The notes under the pieces are model-generated. The model was not told the origin of the DNA. It made no database searches and saw nothing but the letters and a program-made list of their open reading frames with translations. DNA of 64,000 bases from Octopus sinensis (Eukaryota): contig NC_043003.1 of NCBI RefSeq assembly GCF_006345805.1, forward strand, positions 98,022,001 to 98,086,000. The letters run 5' to 3'. Positions 1 through 13,153 of this stretch are shown here, piece by piece. The position numbers and the translations under genes are program-made. Positions within the stretch are counted from its first letter, which is position 1; every line of letters begins with the position of its first letter.

Positions 1-237
1 ATCAAGCAAACAAGGTGACATCCTACTAATGAGTTCATTTACATTCATTACTTGTTCATAATATTTATTGGGGTAAAAAAAAAAAAGAAACATATCAGTC
101 ATGCCAGTTTTTGCTTCTTATGAAATAATTAAGTATTTATTACTCCTCATCTTTTATTGCTATGATCATGTATACCTATAGAATTATATGTCGTATCAAT
201 ATATGTCACTGTTTGTATATTATATTTGTGTATATTT

Positions 238-625
238 CATCATCATCATCATTTAGCGTCCACTTTCCATGCTAGCATGGGTTGGACGGTTCAACTGGGG
301 TCTGGGAAGCCAGAAGGCTGCACCAGGCCCAGTCTGATCTGGCAGTGTTTCTACAGCTGGATGCCCTTCCTAACGCCAACCACTCCATGAGTGTAGTGGG
401 TACTTTTTACGTGCCACCAGCACAGGTGCCAGACGGGGCTGGCAAACGGCCACGGTCGGATGGTGCTTTTTACGTGCCACCGGCACAGGTGCCAGACGGG
501 GTTGGCAAACGGCCACAATTGGATGGTGCTCTTTACGTGCCAGACGGGGCTGGCAAACGGCCACGGTCGGATGGTGCATTTTACGTGCCACCGGCACGGG
601 GGCCAGGCGAGGCTGGCAACAGCCA
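238..625 (-). mobile_element. SINE-like family A copy ((GAT)n tail, GGAAGGGCATCCAG core, internal ~60-bp tandem units)
   Basis: Near-identical copies at 2085-2420, 10033-10410, 38846-39150 (-) and 25676-25971, 32588-32743 (+). (CAT)n at the left end. The ORF-track peptides MDGSTGVWEARR... are translations of this repeat. Confidence 0.85.
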
Positions 626-778
626 GGAGTGTATAATCATTTTATACCCACTTTTCCATGTTGGCATAGGTTGGACAGGTTTTCTATGGCAGTTTTTCAT
701 AGCCAGATGCCTGTCTTGTCACCAACCCTTTTAATCACTTGTACTTAGGAACACAACTTGCATATTCTAAAACTGATA

Positions 779-957
779 TTGACTGTGGCCATGCTGGAGC
801 ACCGCCTTTAGTCGAGCAAATCGACCCCAGGACTTATTCTTTGTAAGCCCAGTACTTATTTTGTCGAACCGCTAAGTTATGGGGACGTAAACACATCAGC
901 ATTGGTTGTCAAGCAATGTTGGGGGGACAAACACAGACACACAAACATACACACACG

Positions 958-997
<40 letters not shown>

Positions 998-1162
998 TAC
1001 GACGGGCTTCTTTCAGTTTCTGTCTACCAAATCCACTCACAAGGCTTTGGTCGGCCTGAGGCTATAGTAGAAGACACTTGCCCAAGATGCCACGCAGTGG
1101 GACTGAACCCGGAACCATGTGGTTGGTAAGCAAGCTACTTATCACACAGCCACTCCTGCGCC
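779..1162 (-). mobile_element. SINE family C copy (tRNA-like head, CORE-like CTTGGGCAAGTGTCTT segment, internal microsatellite)
   Basis: Minus strand begins GGCGCAGGAGTGGCTGTGTGATAAG...GGTTCAGTCCC (A/B-box-like). Further copies at ~11473-11632, 13157-13490, 16475-16875, 25108-25495, 34050-34380, 40582-40965, 44005-44137. Confidence 0.8.
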
Positions 1163-2084
1163 TATATATATATATATATATATATATATTGTGTGTGTGT
1201 GTGTGTATGTATAGATAGATAATCTATAGATATATATAGAGGGGGGGGGGAGAAAGAGTGGTGTGTGTGTGTGTGTGCATATATATTACATATACACAAA
1301 AGATACACTTATTAACAAAAGATGTGAAAAAACAGAAAGAAGTCTTGGAGTAAATAAGTCAAGAAAAGCATACCAGATAGTTAAAGATCCATCTAAAAAA
1401 TGAGTACTTCAATGTGAAGTTGTTGAAGATAAATATGGCAAGGTAAATATGGCAACCTTCTCTGGCTGATAGGGAGATTAGCGTGAGGAACTTCATGCCA
1501 CAAAGCAGAAGTAGATAGCAATATGCTAAAACAATTAAGAAAGCAAGTCTATTTTAATATACAAGAACCTAAAATTACTTCAGAAGTTACACAAGCAATT
1601 AGGAAAGTGAAGTGTAATAAATCGTTAAGAACAGATAAAACATACAAAAACCAATGTTTTTTTTTGTTTTTTTTCTCTCTATCTCAGACTGTTGGGAGGG
1701 AGAGACGAAATTATCATCATACAAGAGGTTCGGCCTAATGCTTGTAAACAGTGAACTTCTACACTGAAGACACTCAAGGTGCCTAATGATGCTGTTAAAC
1801 AGGGAGATGGATTAAGTTTACTACCCATATAAGCCATGGTTAGAATTTGAATTTGGAAGACTCATAACAAATACTGCAAGGCATCCAGTCCAATGTTCCT
1901 ATAGTTCTGCTAATCCACCATTCTAAATTAGTGCTTTTTTTTTATTGACCCAAAAAGATGAAAAGCAAAGTTGACTTCAGTGAGATTGAACACAAAACCA
2001 CACAATCATAATTGTGTGTGTGTGTGTGTGTGTGCACGTAGATATTTATCTTTTACTAGTTTCACCTCGAGAGCTATGCCCATA

Positions 2085-2420
2085 TCATCATCATCATTTA
2101 ACGTCCGCTTTCCATGCTAGCATGGGTTGGACGGTTCAACTGGGGTCTGGGAAGCCAGAAGGCTGCACCAGGCCCAGTCTGATCTGGCAGTGTTTCTGCA
2201 GCTGGATGCCCTTCCTAATGCCAACCACTCTGTGAGTGTAGTGGGTGCTTTTTACGTGCCACCGGCACAGGTGCCAGACGAGGCTGGCAAACGGCCACGA
2301 TCGAATGGTGCTTTTTACATGCTACCGGCACAGGGACCAGACGAAGCTGGCAACGGCCACGGTCGGATGGTGCTTTTTACGTGCCACCGGCACGGAGGCC
2401 AGTAGGGCGGCACTGGCTAC
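2085..2420 (-). mobile_element. SINE-like family A copy
   Basis: Aligns by eye with 238-625. Confidence 0.85.
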
Positions 2421-2709
2421 AAATTCCATTGATGTTGAAGGCCATTATTTCTTCATTTTTCTATTTCATTGACAAGATTCTCGATATGAATTCCTGTGTT
2501 GAGACAAATCTTGTGTCTTGGGAGGGTCATTGTACCAATAATAATAAACTCAAGTTTCAAGACAAACTCAGTTTCAATAAGATAGGCAATATCCTCTGCA
2601 GCATGTATTGAGCACTCCTCTCTTGTTTGTTCAACATAAACCAACATACATATGTGTGTGTGTGTATGTACTAAGGACATCTGTATATATACATATATAT
2701 ATTAAATTT

Positions 2710-2829
2710 ATAATTTAGGCTATCTAAGAGATACCGCCACGCTGGAAATAGCAGCCAAACCTGACTCTAAAACCACATTAAATGTTCATGCAGCTTCAGG
2801 CGTATCTCTTAGATACCCTAAATTATATA
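2710..2829. mobile_element. ~120-bp MITE-like hairpin element
   Basis: TATAATTTAGGCTATCTAAGAGATACCGCC at the left and GGCGTATCTCTTAGATACCCTAAATTATA at the right are ~30-bp imperfect inverted repeats. Confidence 0.6.
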
Positions 2830-3676
2830 TAAGTTCAGCAAAAATTTAGATTCAAATGAATATGGTACTTAATTTAGATGCACCAGAATTTTGTATGGTG
2901 TTATCCATAAAAATCTGTGGGGTGATTATAATCAAAATAAGCAACAAGAATGACTCCGGTAATTTGGTACGATATATAATTATATAATTATATATATAAT
3001 TACTAATGACTTCATACTGAACAAAGAATCCAAAAACAACTGAGACAAATTTCTGCAATCTTAAGAATGCTTGGAAAGAGAGTCTTTCTAAATAACTATC
3101 TCATCCTTCTCATAAAGATCTTATCTACCAGGCAGTATATGATTCTATTCTTTTGTGTGGGAGTGATATATGGACAACATCATTTTCCTGGAGGCTTTTA
3201 ATATTCTGTGCATGCACTAGATTCTTTCAGTTTCCTGGCAAGACAGAAATCCTTAGTTGAACCCACACCAACAGCATTGAATTCACACTGTATAGGAAAG
3301 ATGTGAATCAAGTAGGCTCAGATATGTAGTGTGAATGTCTTGACCCTTCCTCATAGGATCTACAGCCAGTATCTAGATGAGGTGTGGGCAGCCTTTTCCA
3401 AGAAGGAGGCTATATGAGATATGAATCATCATCAGGTAGGCTGCACTACTAAACAAATTTCATAATAATTTTTCATTAGACTTGCCACTCTGAAAGTGCA
3501 CAGCCCAGAGTCTACCCAGGACTGGTGTAGATAGAACATGAAAACTGGCAGTTCAAAACAAACTGATGACCATAATAAAGAGAAGCAACATCAAACTCAA
3601 TAACAACACTGCATTTTCTTGATATGTATTTCTAAAAAAACCTATATTTGCTAATGTGTCCAGACATGCTCTAATG

Positions 3677-3877
3677 CAGTGGTTTTCAACCAGGGTTCCA
3701 CCAGTACAGTCCAGGGGTTCTGCAAGAAGTTACAAAAATGCTAAAATCGACAGTAATTTTTAATTCTCCTGTGCAGATATGTGTGCATAAGACAATTAAA
3801 TTATTGCACAGGGGTTCCTCGAGCCAGTGGAATGTTTCCTTGGGGTTCCGCTTCAGCAAAAAGTTTGAAAAGCACTG
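3677..3877. mobile_element. hAT (Charlie-like) MITE, 201 bp
   Basis: TIRs CAGTGGTTTTCAAC / GTTTGAAAAGCACTG. Perfect 8-bp target-site duplication CTCTAATG at 3669-3676 and 3878-3885. Confidence 0.9.
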
Positions 3878-4039
3878 CTCTAATGAGTCATAGACCAACC
3901 AAATGGTAAGCTTCCAGGACCCCAATGCTGTGATATAGTCTTAATTCTCAAATTCTAAATGAAAGCCAGTTCATTTCTCTTATGTCATAGAAAAAGGCTT
4001 CAAATTTGTGCATTCTACCAGCAGCATACAACTAATTTA

Positions 4040-4330
4040 AAATAATGTGTGTGTGTAATAGGGCACTGTTCTAAAATAACATACAATAGCATATATGTAT
4101 GTAGGGTACTACCTTAAAATATTTTCATACCATATGTGTGTGTGTGTAAATATAGGGCACTGTCATATGTGTGTATGTATGTATATGGCACTCCTAAAAC
4201 AATATACAATGGCATATATATTATGTGTATATGTGTAGGGCACAACCCTAATATACTTTAGTACCATGTGTTTGTGTGTGTGTGTGCCACTGTCCTGCAA
4301 TAATAATATAGGGCACTTTTAAAATAATAA
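4040..4330. repeat. Degenerate minisatellite (GTGTGT..TAGGGCACTG..AAAATA units)
   Basis: About six recurring AGGGCAC/GGCAC units separated by GT/AT-rich tracts. Confidence 0.5.
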
Positions 4331-4964
4331 GATAATACATCTGGTCCTTGTTTGTACCTAATCAAAAATAAAACAACTCATATACTAGCAGTAACAAAAA
4401 CTGTATGAAACACTAAATAAATAGGGTTTGAGAGACTTCAGTAGCTGGTTATTGTTATGAAAGTTCTTTATTTTAAAGTCAGCTAATTCTATGGAAATAA
4501 CAAAAGAACTAGCTGACTTTAAAGCAGTGAAGTTGTCAACTATTGTAGTTCATTAACAAGCTCATTCCTTATTATTTCTAGTTGGCTTGTGTATTAAATA
4601 CATTTAATTTGTTAAACTGGTTATGGCTGGTATTGCTCCCTACCCATGCTTTGTAATAAAAAGAAAAGAAGTAAAGCCAAAGTTAATCCTGAGCATTAGG
4701 TTATTCATAAATTTTCATATTATTCCATCCATCTTGTGCTCCTATATTAGATTTTTACGAAAAATTACTAATGAAAGCAAGGACCTACACAACAAAGTTG
4801 AGCCTTGGTACATCATCAGTCATGTGTCCTACTCATATTTTAACCTATTGCAACAAGGATTTTTTTTTTTGAATATGTGTTTAAAAAAATATTGTGACTG
4901 GTACTGGGACCCTGAATGATATTTTGTTCAATGCTCTAATCATTTTACCAATTCAATAATAATA

Positions 4965-5385
4965 ATTCTTTCTTCCACAGGCACAAGGTCTGAAATTTTG
5001 TGGGAGGGGGTTAGTCAATTATATTGCCCCCAGTACTCAGCTGGTATTTATTTTATTGGCCCTGGTGGAATTTGAACTCAGAACATAAAGCCTGTAGATA
5101 TGCCACTAAGTACTTTGTCTGGCATGTGAATGATTCTGCCAGCTCACTGCCTTAAGAATAATAATTATAATCCTTTCTACTATAGGCACAAGTCCTGAAA
5201 TTTTAGGGGAGGGAACTAGTCGATTACATCAACCCAAGGGTTTCACTGGTACTAAATTTATCGACCCTGAAAGGATGAAAGGCAAAGTCGACCATGGCAG
5301 AATTTGAACTCAGAACATAAAGATGGATGAAATACTGCTAAGTATTTTGCCCGGCATGTTAGCGATTCTGCCAGCTCGCCACCTT
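4965..5385 (-). mobile_element. Two tandem SINE family B copies (tRNA-derived, GCCTTTCATCCTTTCGGGGTCGATAAA core, (TTA)n tail)
   Basis: Match the better preserved copies at 28166-28392 and 34726-34958. Many more copies lie at 5815-8185, 15910-16105, 21102-21275, 27880-28080, 51715-51920. Confidence 0.8.
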
Positions 5386-5399
5386 AATAATAATAACAA

Positions 5400-5800
5400 C
5401 AACAACAACAATAATAATAATTAATTCTTTTTATTGGCCACAAGGGCTGACAAACATGATTGGAAAACATAAAGGGACAAAACAGGACGAAAGGTTACAA
5501 AGGGTTTTGTCCGTTTGTGAAAAAATTGAGTACAAAAGCAGTTTAACAATGAAAAACTCCCAAAAGGGGGAGGTGTCACGAAAGGTTCCTGCTGGAAAAA
5601 CCCATAAAAGCCAACAGGAGCCTGGTCAAAAGGGGGGCAGAGAGCCCCTTTCTCCTTTTATAATACTTTTTTCAATTACAGGCGAAACCTCAGAATTGGT
5701 CCATTTATACTGGCCATTCTTGCACAATTCACCCACCTTTCAGAAAACTTGCTATCAAATGGTTTCAAATTTTTGGTACGGAGCCAACAGGTTTTGAAGT
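5400..5800 (-). mobile_element. 3' fragment of a Tx1/L1-like LINE
   Basis: Simple-repeat tail at the left end. Shares the CCACCTTTC segment (..KF.ERW.. on the minus strand) with the larger remnant at 22.0-23.1 kb. Confidence 0.4.
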
Positions 5801-6090
5801 TGAGAAGAAAGTTGGTTATATCAATCCCAGTTGTTGACTGAAACTTATTTTATCAACCCCGAAAGGATGAAAAGCAAAGTCAACCTTGAAGGAATTTAAA
5901 CTCAGAACACAAAGAAAGATGAAACGCCGCTAAGCATTTCGTCCAGTGTGCTAAGTATTCTGCCAGCTCACCTCCTTTTATTCAATAATCTACTATGATA
6001 ATATTCTTGTGTTTTTCTCCGTCGCAACATATGAATGAGAAAGGAAGGGGGTGATAGATGAATAAGGAAGGAAAGAGTGATGGCAAACTG

Positions 6091-6296
6091 GTTGTGGGAG
6101 CGTTTCAATTCTGTGTGAGTATATGTGTGTGAATGTAAAAGGGAAGTATATGAATGTTTGTATGTGTGCAATGAAACACACATATATACTCACATAGAGT
6201 TGAAATGCTGTTTTCATTGCACACATACAAACATTCATATACTTCCCTTTTCATTCACACACATATACTCACACAGAATTGAAACGCTCCCACTAC
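6091..6296. repeat. Inverted repeat, ~87-bp arms, ~32-bp spacer
   Basis: 6091-6177 is the reverse complement of 6210-6296 with a few mismatches. Confidence 0.9.
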
Positions 6297-6300
6297 CACT

Positions 6301-7420
6301 ATTCTGACTTTGCCTTTCATCCTTTCAAGGTCGATAAATTAAGTACCAGTGAAACACTGGGGTTGTTGTGATCGACTGCCCCCTCCCCACAAAATCCAGA
6401 CCTTGTACCTATAGTAGAAAGGATTATTATTATTATTATTATTATTTTAGGTGGTGAGCAGGCAGAATTGTTAGCATGCTGGGCAAAATGCTTAGCATCA
6501 TTTCACCTGTCACTACATTCTGAGTTCAAATTCCGCCAAGGTTGGCTTACCTTTCATCCTTCTTGGGGTTGATAAATTAAGTACCAGTGAAACACTGGTG
6601 TTGATGTAATCAAGTTGTCGCTTCCCCCAAAATTTCAGGCCTTGTGCCTTTAGTACAAAGTTATTATTATTATTACTAGCTGGCCCCCCGTGCTGTTAAA
6701 AATGACAGTTAATTGTGGTATTTTATACATAGACATGGATGGTAAATCAAATGAATACACTTGTCAATGTTATCTAGCAGTTCTCTTTTGAGATGTAACA
6801 TCGATCATCATTTTGTTTCTAAAAGGATGCTGGTTCACACATAGCATTTCAACTCTATGTGAGTATATATGTGTATGTGTGAACCAGCATCCTTTTAGAA
6901 ACAAAATGATGATCGATGTTACATCTCAAAAGAGAACTGCTAGATAACATTGACAAGTGTATTCATTTGATTTACCATCCATGTCTATGTATAAAATACC
7001 ACAATTAACTGTCATTTTTAACGGCACGGTGGGGCCAGCTAGTAATAATAATAATAATGCTTTGTACTAAAGGCACAAGGCCTGAAATTTTGGGGGAAGC
7101 GACAACTTGATTACATCAACCCCAGTGTTTCACTGGTACTTAATTTATCAACCCCAAGAAGGATGAAAGGTTAAGCCAACCTTGGCGGAATTTGAACTCA
7201 GAATGTAGTGACAGGTGAAATGATGCTAAGCATTTTGCCCAGCATGCTAACAATTCTGCCTGCTCACCACCTAAAATAATAATAATAATAATAATAATCC
7301 TTTCTACTATAGGTACAAGGTCTGGATTTTGTGGGGAGGGGGCAGTCGATCACAACAACCCCAGTGTTTCACTGGTACTTAATTTATCGACCTTGAAAGG
7401 ATGAAAGGCAAAGTCAGAAT
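6301..7420. repeat. Inverted duplication, ~540-bp arms, ~30-bp spacer
   Basis: 6301-6843 is the reverse complement of ~6874-7420, including two SINE B copies. The arms differ by a handful of substitutions/indels. Confidence 0.95.
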
Positions 7421-8275
7421 TTGAACTCAAAACGTAATGGCAGATGAAACACTGCTAAGCATTCCACTCGGGATGCTAATGATTCTGCCAGCTCACTGCC
7501 TAACATAATAATAATAATAACAATAACAATAATTGTTTCAGACACAGATATAAGGCCAGAAATTTAGGAGGAAAGAGGCTGTTGATTAAAACAATCCCAG
7601 TATTGGTCTCAAGTTTTTTTATTATTATTATTATTATTATTATCATTATTATTTATTTTTTTATTATTATTTTTTTACTCTGGAGGATGAAAGACAAAGT
7701 TAACTTTGGTGGTATTTGAATTAAGTACAGTCGAAAGCCATAACTAAATGCTGCAAAACATTTTGTCTGAAGCTTTAGGCACCAGGCCAAAATTAAGGTA
7801 GGGATGGAACCGGTGCTTATATAAACTCCACCACTTGAGTGATACTTCATCTCAGAAGGCGAAAGGCAAAAATTGATTTTGGTAGGATTTGAACTTGCAA
7901 CAAAAAGTGGTCTAATTAAATGCCACAAGTCATTTTGTCCATTTTAACAGTTCTGCTGATCCAATAGTAATCCTTTTTACTATAAGCACAGGGCCTGAAA
8001 TTTGTTGGGAGGGGATAGTCAATGACATCCATCCCTTTGCACAACTGGTACTTATTTTATCAATTCTAAAAGGATGGAAAGCAAAGTCGATCCCCAGCAG
8101 AATTTGAACTCACAACATAAAGCTGAAAGAAATGCCAAAAAAGCATTTTGTCTGGCATACTAACAATTCTGCCTACTCACCATCTTTGCCAATCCAATAA
8201 TAATAATTTTTAGTGTTTCTTATATATACATTTGGTCAGAATTTTTATAAGGGTTGAGTGGGGTTAGCTGATTAA

Positions 8276-8497
8276 CCCTTTCGTTACTATATTTCTGTTG
8301 AGATGCTCTGTGTCTCTTTCAATTAATTTTAAATATAACAAAGAATTTAGTAAAATAACTTAGTCATCATTAAGCTAGTGTTAGGAACATAAATTGTGAC
8401 TAAGGTTTGGTGGAACATTTTAATCCAGAACTTTTGAAAACAAAACATTTGTACTACAGAGCCACAGGCAGTTTCAGTCAGGTTGATACCAAAAGTG
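8276..8497 (+). mobile_element. piggyBac-type MITE copy (degenerate right end)
   Basis: TTAA|CCCTTTCGTTAC left end. Body matches 21416-21635. Confidence 0.75.
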
Positions 8498-10032
8498 TTC
8501 AATTTACTCCTGATACTTCACTGGCACTATATTTTATTGACCCTGAAAATGAGAGGCAGAGTTGAACTCAGAACATAAAGGGCTGCAATTAAATACCACA
8601 AGTTATTTTGTCTGCTCCTCAAATGATTCTGCTAATCTAATAATAATTAGTAATTGTTCCTAATTTAGGCAGAAGGGCAGCAATTTTGAAGGGAGGAGGG
8701 TATTAGTTGATTCCATCAACTCCGATATTATGAGATTCTGTCAACCTAATAATAATAATGATGATAATGATAGTGATTTCTTAATTACACACAAGGTTAC
8801 ATGTACCATGTGGGGACAGCTTTAGTTAATTATATCAATATCACTTACTTGAATGGTGCTTATTGTATTGACAACGGGTGCATAAAAAATAAAGTTTGAC
8901 CTGGGTGGGTAATAATCCAATTTAAATGAAAAAAAAAATACATACAATAAAATAAAATAAACAATAGTAACAAAGCCAGACAATGACACAACTTAATAAA
9001 CACACCGTAGTTGGTCTGCTTGTGATAGATTACATGTTATTATTGGATATCTGACACACAGACAGACACCGGTTCACTTTGTGGGTTTGGATATTGATGA
9101 ATTGATTTTCCTAGCTAAATTCCAAAGACATGACACAGAATCTTTTTTTTTTTTAATGTGTCAATTAATTATCAGACATCTAATTGGAAAATATATTTTA
9201 CAACTATCATGTGACAAATTGTACAATTTCACAAATGAGAGACAAAAAGGAGTTTTCAAGAAATGAAGCATCTTTTTCATTTTTTTTTTTGTATATATAT
9301 ATATATATATGTATATTTATATATAATTTCTTTATTTTACTATTTTATTGATTTTATGGTTTCCCTTTCACTCTATTGTTTTATATCCTATTTACACATT
9401 TTTCAATGTTTGCATGAAGAGGTGGGGTAAGGTAGAGGGGATGTATTTTTCTCCAAATTTGGATATTTGCACGCTGTTGGAGTTGGGAGTAATTACTTTC
9501 ACAGCTGGATACTTCTTCTGACAATAAAGTTGGGGATTAAAAAAAAAATTATATTAGTGAAAGGATAGAGAGGATGTGGTGGGTGTAGAGTTAGTCATAA
9601 GATAAGGAACAGAGGAGGGTTAGTGCATATGACCTTTTCAGACTCCCTCTCCTCTCCCAGACTAGTGAGATTGATATGGATAATTCCCAGCTTTAGCATT
9701 TGTCAGGAAGGAGAAAAGGAACAGGAATTCTGGTCTAAATGCTTGCTGCAGCATGTTCTCCCCTGCTGTAGGTACTATTTATTCATAGACCAGGTAAATT
9801 GTATTAAACTGTGCGACATGTTAGGTCTGCCTACCCACATACAATCATCATCATTTAACATCTGCTTTTCATGTTGGCATAAGTTGCATGGTTTGACATG
9901 GAACTGGCCAGACTCCAACTGCTTGTTGTGGCATGGTTTCTACAGCTGGATGCCCTTCCTAATGCCAACCACTTAACAGAGTGTGCAGGGTGCTTTTTAT
10001 GTGGCACCAGCACCTGAAAGGACAAGCCTGTC

Positions 10033-10410
10033 ATCATCATCATCATCATCTTCGTTTAGCGTCCGCTTTCCATGCTAGCATGGGTTGGACGGTTCAACTG
10101 GAGTTTGAGAAGCCAGAAGGTTGCACCAGGCCCAGTCTGATCTGGCAATGTTTCTACAGCTGGATGCCCTTCCTAACACCAACCACTCCGTGAGTGTAGT
10201 GGGTGCTTTTTATGTGCCAGACGAGGCTGGCAAACGGCCACGATCAGATGGTGCTTTTTACGTGCCACCAGCACGGGGGCCAGGCGAAGCTGGCAACGGC
10301 CACAATCGGATGGTGCTTGAGGCCAGTCGGGTCGGCGCTGGCAACGGCCACGTTCGGATGGTTCTCTTACGTACCACCGGCACTGGTATCACAGCTGCAA
10401 TTTCCAACAA
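10033..10410 (-). mobile_element. SINE-like family A copy
   Basis: Aligns with 238-625. Confidence 0.85.
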
Positions 10411-10803
10411 TCTCCTTATGAAAAATGTGCCTTAATGTGTTATTGTAGCAGCACCAGCACTGCTGAGACCCCCCTTCAGTTATGACTAACCATGGGATTG
10501 CACCGAGAAAGTTACCCTTCCAGGCACAGGTCCGGGCAAAGTTGTTTATGAAAGACCAGCAGTCACCCATGCATACCAACCTCCCCTCTCTACATCACCA
10601 GTGTTATCCAAGAGAAAGGCAAAGGCTGATACAGCTTGGCACCTGTGACGTCGCAACTCATTTCTACAGCTGAGTGAATTGCAGCAACGTGAAATAAAGT
10701 GTCTTGCTCAAGAACACATCACGCAGCCCGGTCCGGGATTCAAACTCACAATCTTGCAATCGTAAGCTCGACGTTGTAACCACTGAGCCAACACTAAGGT
10801 ATT

Positions 10804-10846
<43 letters not shown>

Positions 10847-11118
10847 CCTTTAGAATTCAGATTCCTTTCAGTTGTATTGCTTATGTATCATTTACCTTTT
10901 TTCTTTTACTTGTTTCAGTCATTTGACTGTGGCCATGCAGGGACCCCATCTTGAAGGGTTTTTTTGTAAAACATATCGAGCTGAGGACTTATTTTTTTAA
11001 GCCTACTACTTATTCTACTAGCCTCTTTTGTCAAATCGCTAAATTATGGGGGTGTAAACATACCAACACTGGTTGTCAAGCACTGGTGGGGGACAAACAC
11101 AATGACATACACATATAG

Positions 11119-11185
<67 letters not shown>

Positions 11186-11432
11186 ATACAAATAAGAAAA
11201 TGGAGGAACAGATTCCTTTCAATCATCGATTTACAGATATTACCAATTCATATTATTTATTAACTACTTAAATAGGAACATGCAAATCCAACAGAATAAA
11301 ACAATATACATCAATAAGTAAGATAATACCATAAAAATATTACACATAAAATGGATCTTACAGTTGTACTTCACCAGCAGTATATTGGATAACTGATATC
11401 CCATAGTGGGTTACACTCATAACCCCTATCTC

Positions 11433-11476
<44 letters not shown>

Positions 11477-13111
11477 GCTTCTTTCAGTTTCCATATACCA
11501 AATCTACTCACAAGGCTTTGGCTGACCCAAGACTATAGTAGAAGATATTTGTGCCCAAAGTGCCATGCAGTGAGACTGAACTCGGAACCATATGATTAGG
11601 AAGCAAGCTTCTTACCACACAGCCATGCCTGCAACTAAGTGAATTTATTCATATCGTTTTGTATTAATCACACATTGTAGCTTCAAGATTTCAGCGGTGT
11701 GTTTGTATATTTTCAGAATGACATTAAAGGGTACCTGTGAGAGGTTAGATCTGGTCGATTCTAACATAAAACAGAATACTTGGGCCGGGTTAAAAATTAA
11801 ACAAGATTATTGATTTAGGAAGTATCTGTTGTACCAATGCAAAGTGAAAGGTAACATACAAAACCTATTATGGGGTTAGCAATAAATCACATCTCTCATG
11901 TTTGGGGGTTATATGTTGTTATAATACAAACATTCATGTTGTGGTTGTTTAGCCCTGGTTCTGTTCTGATCAAGCAGACCTCACAATCAAAGACATTCCA
12001 TCCATGACCATCTGTTCCTGTTAGGAGCATCAAGGACTACATTATTCAATATATATTTCCTTTGTTGGTAGAGTGTACTGTAAATGAGACTTAACTTCTG
12101 TTTCTATCAGATTGAATGACTGCATTGAGGCTGTTAAATTAGGCCCTTGAATTTGTAATTAACAATGAAACTTGTAATTTTAATTCTCCCTAGCTGTGAA
12201 AAAAATTGCTCAGTAAATATGTGTGGATATTAGCTCATAATCTTCATCTTTTAATATCCTTCTTTGCTGGCATGGGTTTGATGGTTTGACAAATCCAATG
12301 GGTCTGAGCATTGCATCATGTTTCACTCTCTGCTTTGAGATGCTTTTTTGTTTGGATGCCCTTCCTGATGCCAACAGAGTGTACTGGTTACTTTATTTGA
12401 TGAATCCAGATATAAATATTTATATATCATTGTCATCATCATCATTTAATATCCATGTTCCATGCTGGCATGAGATGGATGGTTTGACAAGGATCCATAC
12501 AGCCCAAGGACTGCATCATGATCCAGTGTCTGCTTTGGTGTGGTTTCTACAGTTGGATGCTTTTCATTAGTGCCAACTAATTTACTCTTTTACTTGTTTT
12601 AGTCATGTGACTGTGGCCATGCTGGAGCACCACCTTTAATCGATCGAATCGACCCCGGGGCTTATTCTTTGTAAGCCTAGTACTTATTTTATCGGTCTCT
12701 ATTTCATAGCAAGATTAAATACATATAGAAATTACTTCATACATTTATTTCTCCATAATTTGTGCTGTATTGGTTCTTAAATGATATAGTTAGTAATTCT
12801 AATTAATATGGTCAGTAGCCCAGCACCTTTTAATATCACAGTTGTATTTTATGCCACCTCACTTCTATGTCTTAATTTCGAATAGCTACTCTGTAATATG
12901 CTTTAATTGGTTATACAGTCACCTGGTAATATACAGATATTCAGCTTCAGTAGAATTGCAATTTTTATGATTAACCATTTATTTCCCAATCACAAGGTTA
13001 CAGGTTCAGTTTCACTGCATGCCACTTTGGACAAGTGTCTTTTACTGTGTACTCTTAGGCTGACCAAACCCTTATGAATGGATTCAGTAGATGGAAACTT
13101 TAAAAGCCCAT

Positions 13112-13153
<42 letters not shown>

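Noticed and set aside
400-620. Regularly spaced repeats resembling a CRISPR array
   Set aside because: The intervening sequences are themselves repeats rather than unique spacers; eukaryotic context with no cas genes.
282-734. 150-aa ORF MDGSTGVWEARR... and its look-alikes at 2127, 10121, 25672, 38895
   Set aside because: Incidental translations of SINE-like family A; frames and lengths differ between copies.
3050-3600. Possible very old RTE-like RT remnant (LLCGSDIW-like)
   Set aside because: Only one weak motif; too degraded to support.
4751-4807. Possible 57-nt exon (TATTAG|..FYEKLLMKARTYTTKLSL..|GTACAT), and similar micro-exon candidates near 9771-9792 and 15842-15862
   Set aside because: Weak donors, no recognisable homology and no way to link them to a gene from sequence alone.
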